This document shows, piece by piece, positions 7,053-15,984 of a DNA stretch of 20,711 nucleotides. Each line of letters starts with the position of its first letter. Position 1 is the stretch's first letter. The DNA lies in the UHGV virus genome UHGV-0163620; one strand, written 5' to 3'. The position numbers and the translations under genes are program-made. The notes beneath the pieces are model-generated. The model searched no databases. It saw only the letters and a list, made by a program, of their open reading frames with translations, and was not told the origin of the DNA. Source of the stretch: a virus.

Positions 7053-7698
7053 CTCCGCGCCGAAAGGTGCTTCCGGTATAGCGTGCGGAGCATATTAGCG
7101 GTTCAACCAGAGAGCTATCGAAATTCACCGAAATAAGCACGTTCTGGCCCTTTTCAGGCATTCGCTCACTACAGCTTATCCAACCATCCGGAGTTACCGG
7201 ATAGTTGCCAGCCTCATACGCGACCCTTATCCAGTGCATAAGCATTTCAGTACTTACACATCCACAATCAACATCAATTTTGTCATGCTGCTGTTCCAGC
7301 CATTGCTCAAAAGTTAACTTGTAAGTTTGGCTTACAGGTTTGGCTTCCAGTTCTGCTATGTGATTTTTGGCTGATTCCAACTCAATCGACAATTTTTCCA
7401 ACTGCTCTTTATGATTTTTATATTCCTGATATGCGTGCCAGGACTGACCTTTGCGCACACTATCAGTGATATCAGTAATCTGTTCTGGTGTTAGCGTGGT
7501 CAGTGGCTGTGATGGGAAAATAAGCACTTTCCCGGAATCCCAATCAAAACCAGTGTGAATTGACTGAACCTCAACTGAAGGTGTTGAACCAATGCTGCCA
7601 GGCGAATGAACAACGATTGTTACATCCATATCGCGACGATGGCTGTGGTTGTTGGACAAAATACGATTCACCAACTCAGAAAATTTAGAAAATTTCAT
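6964..7698 (-). CDS. hypothetical protein with DUF551-like C-terminal domain
   Basis: 244 aa; C-terminal NYPVTPDGWISCSERMPEKGQNVLISV...THWMPLPEPP resembles the prophage DUF551 pattern (from memory). Confidence 0.55.
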   Translation of the reverse strand: MKFSKFSELVNRILSNNHSHRRDMDVTIVVHSPGSIGSTPSVEVQSIHTGFDWDSGKVLIFPSQPLTTLTPEQITDITDSVRKGQSWHAYQEYKNHKEQLEKLSIELESAKNHIAELEAKPVSQTYKLTFEQWLEQQHDKIDVDCGCVSTEMLMHWIRVAYEAGNYPVTPDGWISCSERMPEKGQNVLISVNFDSSLVEPLICSARYTGSTFRRGDATIKPGNGIEQATHWMPLPEPPQESKSE

Positions 7699-8063
7699 GC
7701 TGATTCACCTTTCTTTGCTCTCTCCTGTCGGAACATCACTATCATCAGGTCGCCTTTTGTCGCTATCTTGGCTGTTGTGCCTGGCTCAATGCGGCTAAGT
7801 TCAAATGCGTCATAGAACGCCTCCAACGCTTTCTGGCGTTTTTCCTGTTTGCGGCGCTTTCCCCACTGCTTTAGAAAAACAGAGGCCGCCCACTTCCCCG
7901 CACTGAACATGATGTAAAACCAACCGAGAAGTGCCAGACCGGTATTTAGGGCCGTATCGATCGTTATCGTGGTGTCGATATTCACTACGCCACCTCCTGA
8001 AAATTTCCCTGATAAAACGCCAACACACGCTGCATAACTTCGCTCTTCCGACAATCGTGACAA
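7695..8063 (-). CDS. hypothetical protein, 122 aa, one hydrophobic segment (start uncertain)
   Basis: ORF; its 5' end overlaps 7985..8404 in another frame, so the true start may be an internal Met (around 7910). Confidence 0.35.
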   Translation of the reverse strand: MSRLSEERSYAACVGVLSGKFSGGGVVNIDTTITIDTALNTGLALLGWFYIMFSAGKWAASVFLKQWGKRRKQEKRQKALEAFYDAFELSRIEPGTTAKIATKGDLMIVMFRQERAKKGESA

Positions 8064-8404
8064 ATCATGTTCAAGCGCCTGTCGTAACGACGTATTTCTC
8101 CGTCAGGTAATGACCAGATAAGGTCTGGATCAACCACTACCGATTTCTTCGGCTTTACTCTTGATAGTTTTTTACGGGCGTTTTGCCAGTCCTTGCGTGC
8201 TTGTGCAGACAGAAATATCCCGGAGCCAGAGATATACAAATCACCACTGGCAGCAAGCTCTCTTGATAAACGACTAACAGCACACCGGCTAATACCAGTT
8301 TCATCCGCAAGTTGCCTAACCGTTCCTCGTCCATTCAGGCGCACGAGTTCCACAATTTGTTTATTCAGTTCTTCCCTCTGTTCTGGTGTAAAAGCCTTTG
8401 CCAT
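7985..8404 (-). CDS. putative HTH DNA-binding protein, 139 aa
   Basis: Helix-turn-helix-like segment RQLADETGISRCAVSRL; C-terminal cysteines; family not recognised. Confidence 0.5.
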   Translation of the reverse strand: MAKAFTPEQREELNKQIVELVRLNGRGTVRQLADETGISRCAVSRLSRELAASGDLYISGSGIFLSAQARKDWQNARKKLSRVKPKKSVVVDPDLIWSLPDGEIRRYDRRLNMICHDCRKSEVMQRVLAFYQGNFQEVA

Positions 8405-9003
8405 TACGATTCTCCTTGCCCTTTTACAAGACGGGAGAAAATTGCGGATACATATTTAGCCTGATGAATAGCATCAGCCAGGGCATTGTGTCGTTCGCCA
8501 TCAAATGGCATATCTTTTTTAGGATTAAAACCAATAAACTGACCAAGATTAACGATTGTTCGAACATCCTGATCATTAAAATATTCCCACGGACAGGCTA
8601 AGCCAACGCGCTCATAAGCACCGCGTAAAATTACATTATCGAACGTTGCTCCATTTCCCCATACTTTCAATTTTTTTAAATTACATGCATGGCAAGTAAT
8701 AAAGTGTGATAATTCAAAAAGTGCATCCTTAATATCAAGGGCATCATTAGTACAAATAGCGGCTCTGGCTTCCTTGCTCTGTTTCAACCACCATAAAATG
8801 GTATCACCATCGGCGATACCACCATTCAACATCGAGCTTCTGAGATTCACTGGCACATAAAAAGTAGGACCTAATTCCTCACTTTCTGGAGAAAAAAACA
8901 CTGCCCCGATAGAAACAATTGGAGCACATGTGTTAGTACCCATTGTTTCAAGGTCAATCATTACATCAGACCGTTTCCTGTCGTAAATAATCTGATTAGT
9001 CAC
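8404..9003 (-). CDS. DnaQ-like 3'-5' exonuclease (DEDDh)
   Basis: Exo I motif MIDLETMGT, Exo II WGNGATFD, Exo III HNALADA; ORF-track start is a GTG, true start may be the Met in MIDLETMG. Confidence 0.65.
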   Translation of the reverse strand: MTNQIIYDRKRSDVMIDLETMGTNTCAPIVSIGAVFFSPESEELGPTFYVPVNLRSSMLNGGIADGDTILWWLKQSKEARAAICTNDALDIKDALFELSHFITCHACNLKKLKVWGNGATFDNVILRGAYERVGLACPWEYFNDQDVRTIVNLGQFIGFNPKKDMPFDGERHNALADAIHQAKYVSAIFSRLVKGQGES

Positions 9004-9026
9004 GAATAATTCTCCTCAACGTTTAT

Positions 9027-9230
9027 CTATACCCAAATTTTCTGTTGATATGTTCTGGATGGTTTTGGCGTTCTTTCTGATTCAGGTAAATGAACATAAA
9101 CGCAATATCCATCACCTAAAAAATCAGAACGAACAACCAGAACTTTCTTACCACGCCGCCGATAAGTATCTGAAAGACGCTCTGCTTCATCATGCGTCAT
9201 CGGCCCCTGCTTAAATGGCGTTATTTTCAT
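9027..9230 (-). CDS. small hypothetical protein, 67 aa
   Basis: ATG at 9230; ORF-track start at 9254 is a GTG lying inside the palindrome at 9238-9253. Confidence 0.4.
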   Translation of the reverse strand: MKITPFKQGPMTHDEAERLSDTYRRRGKKVLVVRSDFLGDGYCVYVHLPESERTPKPSRTYQQKIWV

Positions 9231-9531
9231 TTTCTTGTGCGACCACGGTCGCACCCTCTCTGATTTCCAAGTAACGCTTAATCCAAAGATTTTCTATATG
9301 CTTATTACCTGGCTGATTTGATAAATACCAATCGGCAATTACAGACTGCTTATTACTATCTGGTCGTGTCCTGTAACCACAAGTTGGACACCAGATAACA
9401 TATTCATTTCTTACCCCCGAATACCTTAATTCTGGCTTCGACGGTTTCCTGAACATAACTTGTTTACAAAGACAGAATGGCACTTCCTGCCCGATGGCGT
9501 TTGATGATTTCACTGCGCTTCTCCGCCGCAT
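9211..9531 (-). CDS. zinc-ribbon protein, possibly Lar-like restriction alleviation family (tentative)
   Basis: CxC ... CxxC pattern (VPFCLCK ... WCPTCGYRTRP ... ADWYLSN) loosely resembling Lar/RalR small proteins as recalled from memory. Confidence 0.4.
   Translation of the reverse strand: MRRRSAVKSSNAIGQEVPFCLCKQVMFRKPSKPELRYSGVRNEYVIWCPTCGYRTRPDSNKQSVIADWYLSNQPGNKHIENLWIKRYLEIREGATVVAQENENNAI
9238..9253. other. sopC-like 16-bp inverted repeat TGCGACCACGGTCGCA, copy 3
   Basis: Identical to copy 1; 8 bp upstream of the ATG at 9230 and inside the 3' end of ORF 9211..9531. Confidence 0.6.
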
Positions 9532-10174
9532 TTAATAATGCAGTTCGATTTAAGCTCAGACATCGCGACTTAATTAAAAGCCAGCGTTCTTTATAATCTT
9601 GTCTCCAGCTATCAATAGATATATTCAGTAGAAAACTCAGATGCCTGTCCTGTTCTCTCTCATCAACTGCCTCAGCACACGTAAGTTCTGATTTAACCTG
9701 TTGTGCCGCGTAATAAATCAATTTCCGCATGGCTTTTTTCGTGGAGGCCTTCATTTTTTTAAAGCCGCCCCCCGAATGAGCAACCAGAAAATCAAGCCAT
9801 AACCACTGACAAACAATCACATCATTGTTGTAATCAGGCTTGCATCCGTAGCAATAATAAAGCCAGGCTGATTCCTCGTTATTCAACTGACCAATAGCCC
9901 TGCGCCAGCTGGCGCTCTGAAAATCAATATCAGTGAGCAACATTGATGATTGTTTAAATGTTTTCCCCTGGTGGAATCTAACCGGCTCAGCAGGAACGGA
10001 CACTTCGTATGAGTTATCATCCCCCACACTGATTGACCGGACTGGTTTATTGTTAAACCGTCCTGATCTACCGAGACGCATCTGCTCAAGCTGGACCTCC
10101 AGAATGCCACGCTGGCGATAATGAACATCAGCCAATGCCGTAGAGACGCAGCTGCGTATATACTCAAGCTCCAC
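9464..10174 (-). CDS. hypothetical protein, 236 aa, in the position of a Q-like late regulator (function unproven)
   Basis: Long ORF immediately downstream of the cro-like gene; N15 immB is recalled as cB-cro-Q; no antiterminator motif recognised; GTG start overlaps the cro-like stop. Confidence 0.45.
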   Translation of the reverse strand: MELEYIRSCVSTALADVHYRQRGILEVQLEQMRLGRSGRFNNKPVRSISVGDDNSYEVSVPAEPVRFHQGKTFKQSSMLLTDIDFQSASWRRAIGQLNNEESAWLYYCYGCKPDYNNDVIVCQWLWLDFLVAHSGGGFKKMKASTKKAMRKLIYYAAQQVKSELTCAEAVDEREQDRHLSFLLNISIDSWRQDYKERWLLIKSRCLSLNRTALLNAAEKRSEIIKRHRAGSAILSL

Positions 10175-10385
10175 GCTTACGACTCTCCTTAATCGACTGC
10201 TTTACCCGCCGAGTTGTAAAGTCACTCTTCAGCTTATAAGCAGTACGAACTTCAATATCGCTTTGCCGCAATGAAGGAATCTCTCCAGCGGTTAACCATT
10301 GGTAAACAGCTCCGGGTGTTACACCTACCCCTGCCGCTGCTTTTTCTACACTGCCAAAATGGCGAATAAGTTCTTCTGGTTTCAT
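10164..10385 (-). CDS. cro: Cro-like HTH regulator (YdaS/Cro family)
   Basis: 73 aa from the ATG at 10385; HTH segment GVGVTPGAVYQWL; divergent from the repressor gene across a region with two dyad operators. Confidence 0.7.
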   Translation of the reverse strand: MKPEELIRHFGSVEKAAAGVGVTPGAVYQWLTAGEIPSLRQSDIEVRTAYKLKSDFTTRRVKQSIKESRKRGA

Positions 10386-10412
10386 GTTGTTATTATAAAC
10401 AATAAACAACAA

Positions 10413-10454
10413 TTAAAGCCAGCTATAATAAATAAATTTTATAGCCAGCTATAA
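10413..10454. promoter_or_regulatory. immunity-switch operators: two 16-bp dyad sites (TTAAAGCCAGCTATAA at 10413-10428; TTATAGCCAGCTATAA at 10439-10454)
   Basis: Two 7-2-7 inverted repeats with centres 26 bp apart in the AT-rich region between divergent cro-like and repressor genes. Confidence 0.55.
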
Positions 10455-10476
10455 GAAGATCATTTATGATTACAGT

Positions 10477-11073
10477 ATGAAAACACGAGGCGAACGACTG
10501 AAAGCACGCCGTTTAGAGATGAAGCTGACGTTGCGAGAAGTTGCTGAGGCTGTCGATATCTCTATAGCAGGCGTCCAAAACTTAGAACGTGGCGACGTAA
10601 TGCCGTCACTGGAGATAGGTATTGCCCTGGCTAAGTGCTTACGCAAGCCAGTGCATTGGGTGCTATATGGGACAGAATATGACCCTGATCGCATTCCTGT
10701 TATTGGCACAACTGAAAGTGGGCCGGATGAAGAGTGGAAGCCGGGACAGGTTCCAAATACTGAGCGATTCCTGCCATTCATCAGCCAGCGCAATACTGTG
10801 TATGCGTTAACTATCAGCAATCTTACGCAGGGAAACTATCAGCCAGGCGATTTTCTCCTGGTCGATTCTGCGCTGGAACTGGTCCCCGGCGAGGATGTTC
10901 TGGTTCGTGATACTGCAGGAAATATCACTATCCAGCGCCTGGCCCGTTTTGATGATGAAAATTACTATCTGGATGGAACAAACTCACAACGCGCCATCTT
11001 CAGGAAAAGCGATCTTGAATTTGTTCACCAAATAGTCGGAACGATCAAATCATTCATGGTTGAGGGTAGATGA
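10477..11073 (+). CDS. cB: prophage repressor, CI/CB-like (N-terminal XRE HTH, C-terminal S24-peptidase-like domain)
   Basis: N-terminal HTH MKLTLREVAEAVDISIAGVQNLERG; C-terminal beta-rich domain alignable by eye to lambda CI but without an obvious GxSM serine motif or catalytic lysine. Confidence 0.75.
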   Translation: MKTRGERLKARRLEMKLTLREVAEAVDISIAGVQNLERGDVMPSLEIGIALAKCLRKPVHWVLYGTEYDPDRIPVIGTTESGPDEEWKPGQVPNTERFLPFISQRNTVYALTISNLTQGNYQPGDFLLVDSALELVPGEDVLVRDTAGNITIQRLARFDDENYYLDGTNSQRAIFRKSDLEFVHQIVGTIKSFMVEGR

Positions 11074-11174
11074 CTTAATACGGGGTTTATTGTTTGCTGT
11101 AAATCTGGTTTAATGCAGGGCATATGTTCTGTGGGTTGACTCAGGTTACAGCAGCAGAAAAAAGACGAAAAAAA

Positions 11175-11203
11175 ACCCGAGTCGGCAAACTCGGGTCCTT
11201 TTC
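11175..11203. terminator. bidirectional intrinsic terminator between repressor gene and repA
   Basis: 8-bp stem ACCCGAGT/ACTCGGGT with 6-nt loop; plus strand followed by CCTTTTC, minus strand followed by a run of 8 U. Confidence 0.55.
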
Positions 11204-11318
11204 AGGAAGCAGCCACAACAACGCGACAGATTCCGTCAATTCAAGATGCGTTTATTGTGGCTGCTCCTGCGGATTTTTTCAACCCGAAAAAACATAATTC
11301 GCATGGAATGGCTAAAAA

Positions 11319-14300
11319 ATGACATTAAACGATTTCTATGCGGATCGCTTTGGCAGCGATCCGTTCTCGCTAATTGAAGCAGCACGGGATGAACTAACCG
11401 AGCTGGCACAGATGGCTGGTATCAACTGGCCTGCCTGTTCCGACAACATCCAACTCAACCCTCGCGGGGGGGTTGAGCGTTACTCTTCATACAATAAAAC
11501 ATCTCCAGAAGCTCTCGAAAAGAGCCTGAAAGGACGCGTAGAAATTTACTCCAGGCTGGAACACAGCAAAGGGATTGATTACCCGTTCATTAACTTCGTC
11601 CATAAAGGCAGCGATGCTGGCTCATGGAGCGGTTTCTCCTTCCTGTTTTCTGAATATCGCCGTGAGCAACAACGGAATAATGCGACCGTGGTCGCACAAC
11701 CGGAAGAAGAACGGGAAAGAATAGAACGTCAGGCCGAAGCACGTCGTCGCCGTGAAGAACAAAAACGAATTAATGACCTGAAAAACAACCAAATGGACCA
11801 TGAACGTTTGCTGGGATGGCTGGCATTCCACAGCGCGTGGGAACATGCTCCGGCTGAAGACGGCTCATGGCCATATGCGATTAAAAAAGGTATTCGTGAC
11901 GTTTTTAGTTCATGTGATGTGCGTCGCGTGACCAGTCACGACAGTGCGAAATGGAGCCGGGGGTCAACCACATATATGGCTATCCCTCTGGCTCACCTGG
12001 ACGGTCGTTATGATGGTCGTATTGTGGGTTGGCAGCGAATCGACAAACAAGGTGGGAAATACCAGACCAGCGCAGTAACCAGCGGCGATTTCGTCGGTGC
12101 CTGCTTTGTTATCGGTGAGCTGAAAGGGGCGCAAAACATCGCTGTTACAGAAGGTTTTGCTACTGGTGCATCCATCTGGCTTGCCACGAAAAAAGATAAA
12201 CGCTTTGACGCTGTGGTTGTCGCTGTATCCGCTAACAACATGGTTCATGTTGTGGAACAACTGGTAAACATGTACCCGGCGGCAAAAATCACCTGCGCAC
12301 TGGATAATGACCGGAAATCTGCCACAGAAGGAAAAGGGAATACCGGCCTGCGGACTGGCTATGAAATCTTATCGAAATTCAACGATGTCCGCTGCGTCTA
12401 CCCAACTTTTGAAGACGATCCGCAAATGGAGTGCAGTGACTTCAACGACCTGCACAAACTACGTGGACTTCGTGAAACAGCACGTCAACTATTTGCAACA
12501 GCAAACCGCCTGAAAACCGGCACTGATTTGCTATCTCTGACGCTCAACCGCCTGAAGACAATTAAGCGGGATAACCGTCGTACTTTTGCCAAAGAGCTGC
12601 TGAGAGCGGTGGATATTGGCATGCTAACCTGTCCGGTTCCTAACAGTCCGTCAGATTTATTTAACATGTTCTGCATCGTTCTGCGTGAAATGGGACTGGA
12701 AAATATCTATCGTGCTACGGTAAAAGACCACATTGCCCGTCGCCTGAATAAAAAGTGCCGTATTGCCCAGGCTCCGCGCTCTTTCAGCGAACGCATAACT
12801 GATCCCAATAAACGACCTCAACATATCACCTATAAGCGTTTTGAAACTTCGGTAATGACCGATGATGTCCTGAAGTACGTGCAATCACTACAGGGGATAG
12901 TCATCGTCCGTGCTGGTATGGGTTCCGGCAAATCTACTGGATTGTTACGACCGTTAATGCATAGCTCAGAACGTGGTATCTCTGTTGCTCACCGTGTCTC
13001 CCTTATTGGTGGCCTGTGGGAAATGATGACAGAAGGAAAAGGTGTAAAAGCCGATATCCTGCACTATCAGGATCCTGGCTATCAGGAAATGGCTCCATAC
13101 GCCAGTAAACTGACCATCTGCATAAACTCGATTGTTAAAAACTGCTGGCAACCGTTGATGCGCCAGCACGACTATTTTGGCTTTGACGAGGCCACACAAG
13201 GGCTACGTGCCGTTCTTTCCGGTCGGGCTATGGAAAACCCGGTGGCTGTATTCAATACGCTAATTGACGCGCTGGCCAGAACGGAACAACACCCAATCAT
13301 GGTGGATGCTGATGCGAACGATCTGCTGGTTGACCTGGCTGAACTGGCTATGAAACGCCGTGAAGAACTAGGTTTACCGGCATGGCTGCAGATCCACGTA
13401 ATTGAATTACCTGTTGATGTTCGCAACCGCGAAACAGGTGAGCCAATCCGGGTTTTTTATACAGAAAAAGATCGCATCATGACCGAGGTGGTGAAAGCTG
13501 TATCGGATGGCGAAAAAATTATGTTGGCCACCGACAGCTCCACCTTTGCAGAAGATGTGACCGCCACCCTGAGAATGCATTTCCCTGGCAAGAAATTTCT
13601 GTGCGTAAACCAGAAAAGCAAACAGGATGAAGAAGTCGATGCCTTTACCAGCCAGCCAAAAGTAATGGTGATGAAATACGATGGACTGATCTACAGCCCG
13701 TCGATTTCCTCCGGGGTGTCATTTGAGAAAAAACATTTTGACCGTCATTTCGGCATGTTCTGCGGTGAAGTTGTGCCCAGCGACGCAGTGCAAATGCTAC
13801 GCCGCGACCGTACAGCAAAAGAATTTATTATTGGCTTTGATAAAGCCCGTGCAAAACGCGAGACTGATCCGCAAAAAATAGAACGTGCATTCGCCCAGGC
13901 ATTACTTGCTACCGCAGGCATGAACGGTGAACTGACGGATGTCATTTTCGATGGCGACCGTATATCAATGGGGGTAGCCAATACCGACTTTACCAGGATG
14001 AAAATTAAAGCAGCCGCAATTGAAGCGTCTGCGCGTAACGACTACGCCAGCAACATGATCTGCATCATGCACAGCGACGGTTATAAGGTATCACCATTAG
14101 CTACCGATTATGCCGCGAACGATTTTGGTAAAGAGCTGCGCAAAGAAGCGCGGGATATTGTGTGGGAACAGACGCTGGATCTGCACCTCAATACAGAGAC
14201 ACCAGAAGAATCAGAGCGTGAAGAACTACTAAAAAAACGTGCGCTAACGCTTGAAGAACAGGCAAAACTGGTCCGCTGGGATATTGAGAACGAACTGAAA

Positions 14301-15302
14301 TTACCGGTTGAAGAAGGCACACTGAAATTCTATTTCGATGGCGCTCGAGACAAAATTCGCCGTTATGAAACGATGCTGCTTGATGAAGTCACAGCCCGTC
14401 GTTATGACCGTGAAGAAGCGGCTATCAATTTTACATACGCATATCGCCAGACCGGACAGTGGCAATATTTTGTGGTGACCGCGATGACACGCGAGCAGGC
14501 TGATGATGTATTCAAAGCGAAATTTCCGGGAATAATCGACTACAAGGTAAAAGCCACCCCAGCTGTTGAGGTCGGCATGCGCGGATTCTATGCGCTTAAA
14601 TCAGCAACTCTCCGGCAGTATTTTATCGACTGCGGTATCGACCCTGAAACTATGACTGGCGAAGCGACGCAGGAACGCCTTAAGTTCGCTCGAGATAATC
14701 TCATGACAGCAGAACGCCGTGACCTGTTGAATAACGTTCTGCGCATTGGTGGTTTTATGACACCAAAAGGGAAGCCTAAAGTGCCGGAAGCACTGTTTAA
14801 AAACATCTGCGACTCTCTCGGCCTAAAAACAGGAAAACGTCGCGGCAGAGATGGCGATAAGCGCCCGACATTGCGTTTTGTTGAGCCTGAGTCTGTAGCA
14901 TTTATGCTTGATATTCTTGCGCAACGTCAGGAGGACGGTATGACGTTGAAAGCTCGCAAGGCAGAAAAATCAACGACCGAAGTGGATCGCGATTTGTCAT
15001 TAAATATATATATGAATGGTGAAACGAGATCCACAAACACGGAGGAACAGGATCCCCCTCGTTCAGCTATATCACAGGCTTTGGCTGTATTGCCGGTGGC
15101 TGTTCCTGAGTCCTGGGCGATGAGTGCTCTGCCATCAGCCGAACTGGAATCTATCAGGGGGTGGTCAGTTGACAGCATCGCATACACGTTTGCAGCCCTT
15201 TATATGACTGAGTTTATGGATTTGCTGTCCGGTCATGAGATTAAGTTGCTGAAGGCTTTTATAGGCCCACGACATGCCAGCGATGAGTTTTGTGTAGTTT
15301 AG
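11319..15302 (+). CDS. repA: RepA-like multidomain replication protein (primase + helicase/origin-binding), 1327 aa
   Basis: Toprim-like segment (VTEGFATGAS ... ALDND); Walker A VRAGMGSGKST and Walker B FGFDEAT; size and architecture match N15 RepA as recalled. Confidence 0.85.
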   Translation: MTLNDFYADRFGSDPFSLIEAARDELTELAQMAGINWPACSDNIQLNPRGGVERYSSYNKTSPEALEKSLKGRVEIYSRLEHSKGIDYPFINFVHKGSDAGSWSGFSFLFSEYRREQQRNNATVVAQPEEERERIERQAEARRRREEQKRINDLKNNQMDHERLLGWLAFHSAWEHAPAEDGSWPYAIKKGIRDVFSSCDVRRVTSHDSAKWSRGSTTYMAIPLAHLDGRYDGRIVGWQRIDKQGGKYQTSAVTSGDFVGACFVIGELKGAQNIAVTEGFATGASIWLATKKDKRFDAVVVAVSANNMVHVVEQLVNMYPAAKITCALDNDRKSATEGKGNTGLRTGYEILSKFNDVRCVYPTFEDDPQMECSDFNDLHKLRGLRETARQLFATANRLKTGTDLLSLTLNRLKTIKRDNRRTFAKELLRAVDIGMLTCPVPNSPSDLFNMFCIVLREMGLENIYRATVKDHIARRLNKKCRIAQAPRSFSERITDPNKRPQHITYKRFETSVMTDDVLKYVQSLQGIVIVRAGMGSGKSTGLLRPLMHSSERGISVAHRVSLIGGLWEMMTEGKGVKADILHYQDPGYQEMAPYASKLTICINSIVKNCWQPLMRQHDYFGFDEATQGLRAVLSGRAMENPVAVFNTLIDALARTEQHPIMVDADANDLLVDLAELAMKRREELGLPAWLQIHVIELPVDVRNRETGEPIRVFYTEKDRIMTEVVKAVSDGEKIMLATDSSTFAEDVTATLRMHFPGKKFLCVNQKSKQDEEVDAFTSQPKVMVMKYDGLIYSPSISSGVSFEKKHFDRHFGMFCGEVVPSDAVQMLRRDRTAKEFIIGFDKARAKRETDPQKIERAFAQALLATAGMNGELTDVIFDGDRISMGVANTDFTRMKIKAAAIEASARNDYASNMICIMHSDGYKVSPLATDYAANDFGKELRKEARDIVWEQTLDLHLNTETPEESEREELLKKRALTLEEQAKLVRWDIENELKLPVEEGTLKFYFDGARDKIRRYETMLLDEVTARRYDREEAAINFTYAYRQTGQWQYFVVTAMTREQADDVFKAKFPGIIDYKVKATPAVEVGMRGFYALKSATLRQYFIDCGIDPETMTGEATQERLKFARDNLMTAERRDLLNNVLRIGGFMTPKGKPKVPEALFKNICDSLGLKTGKRRGRDGDKRPTLRFVEPESVAFMLDILAQRQEDGMTLKARKAEKSTTEVDRDLSLNIYMNGETRSTNTEEQDPPRSAISQALAVLPVAVPESWAMSALPSAELESIRGWSVDSIAYTFAALYMTEFMDLLSGHEIKLLKAFIGPRHASDEFCVV
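11681..11696. other. sopC-like 16-bp inverted repeat TGCGACCGTGGTCGCA, copy 4, inside repA coding sequence
   Basis: Exact 16-mer encoding residues A-T-V-V-A of RepA (codons 122-126). Confidence 0.6.
11927..11940. other. 14-bp palindrome CGTGACCAGTCACG, copy 2, inside repA coding sequence
   Basis: Exact copy of the 5872-5885 site; encodes R-V-T-S-H-D of RepA; 246 bp downstream of sopC-like copy 4. Confidence 0.55.
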
Positions 15303-15319
15303 AGGGTAGAAGCGTGGGA

Positions 15320-15586
15320 ATGATGCAAGAGTGCCTCGTTTTGATTGAAGGGTATGATCCGTATGTTGTTAACGTCAGCAGAATGGATACTGGCTATAGC
15401 GATTACAAAACTGGTCGAGAACTGCCGTTCACCATCATCAGGATGAATGGCTTTGGCGATGATGATGCTGTTTATTGCTGTATTGCCAGCGATAAAAACA
15501 TGGAAGACCGGACAGATGAAGCCCGTATGCTATTGAGGAAATATAAGGTAAAGCCGTTATCAGAGAATAACGCTGAGAGGGGTTAA
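15320..15586 (+). CDS. hypothetical protein, about 89 aa (start ambiguous)
   Basis: ORF immediately after repA; ORF-track start at 15290 overlaps the repA end, so the tandem ATGs at 15320/15323 are preferred. Confidence 0.45.
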   Translation: MMQECLVLIEGYDPYVVNVSRMDTGYSDYKTGRELPFTIIRMNGFGDDDAVYCCIASDKNMEDRTDEARMLLRKYKVKPLSENNAERG

Positions 15587-15588
15587 AA

Positions 15589-15984
15589 ATGGCAGTTCAA
15601 TCATACAAATACGAATCCCCTTTGGATAAGGGATACATTCGTATCAAGTTAAGTCGTTCTCAGCATAAGGCTATTTTTAAGGTAAGGAAAATTCGCATAT
15701 TGGATGCGTATGCGTATTACTACAACGGTGAAAATGTTGTTGTTGAACACTTTCTTGCACGATGGTTTGTAGCTCTGATTTTTGTCCCTCTCCTGTTAAT
15801 TGGTACTTTTGTGGATGGTTTTCCTAGTACATGGCGGGAGATAAAGAAAGGCTTATTCCCGCGTAAGTACGGCAGATTTTCGCAAGATAGCTGGCGAGTT
15901 ATACCTGGTAAACATTCTGTAGATGAGCAACCGATTGTTGATTACTGGTTGAAGCGTATGGCTGATGCTAAAAAAGTTGATTGA
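15589..15984 (+). CDS. hypothetical single-pass membrane protein, 131 aa
   Basis: Good Shine-Dalgarno (GAGAGGGG); hydrophobic helix WFVALIFVPLLLIGTFV; translationally adjacent to the previous ORF. Confidence 0.55.
   Translation: MAVQSYKYESPLDKGYIRIKLSRSQHKAIFKVRKIRILDAYAYYYNGENVVVEHFLARWFVALIFVPLLLIGTFVDGFPSTWREIKKGLFPRKYGRFSQDSWRVIPGKHSVDEQPIVDYWLKRMADAKKVD

Noticed and set aside
11622-15187. Numerous short minus-strand ORFs inside repA, and the plus-strand ORFs inside telN (19013..19225, 20063..20248)
   Set aside because: They are antisense to long, well-supported coding sequences and show no independent signals.
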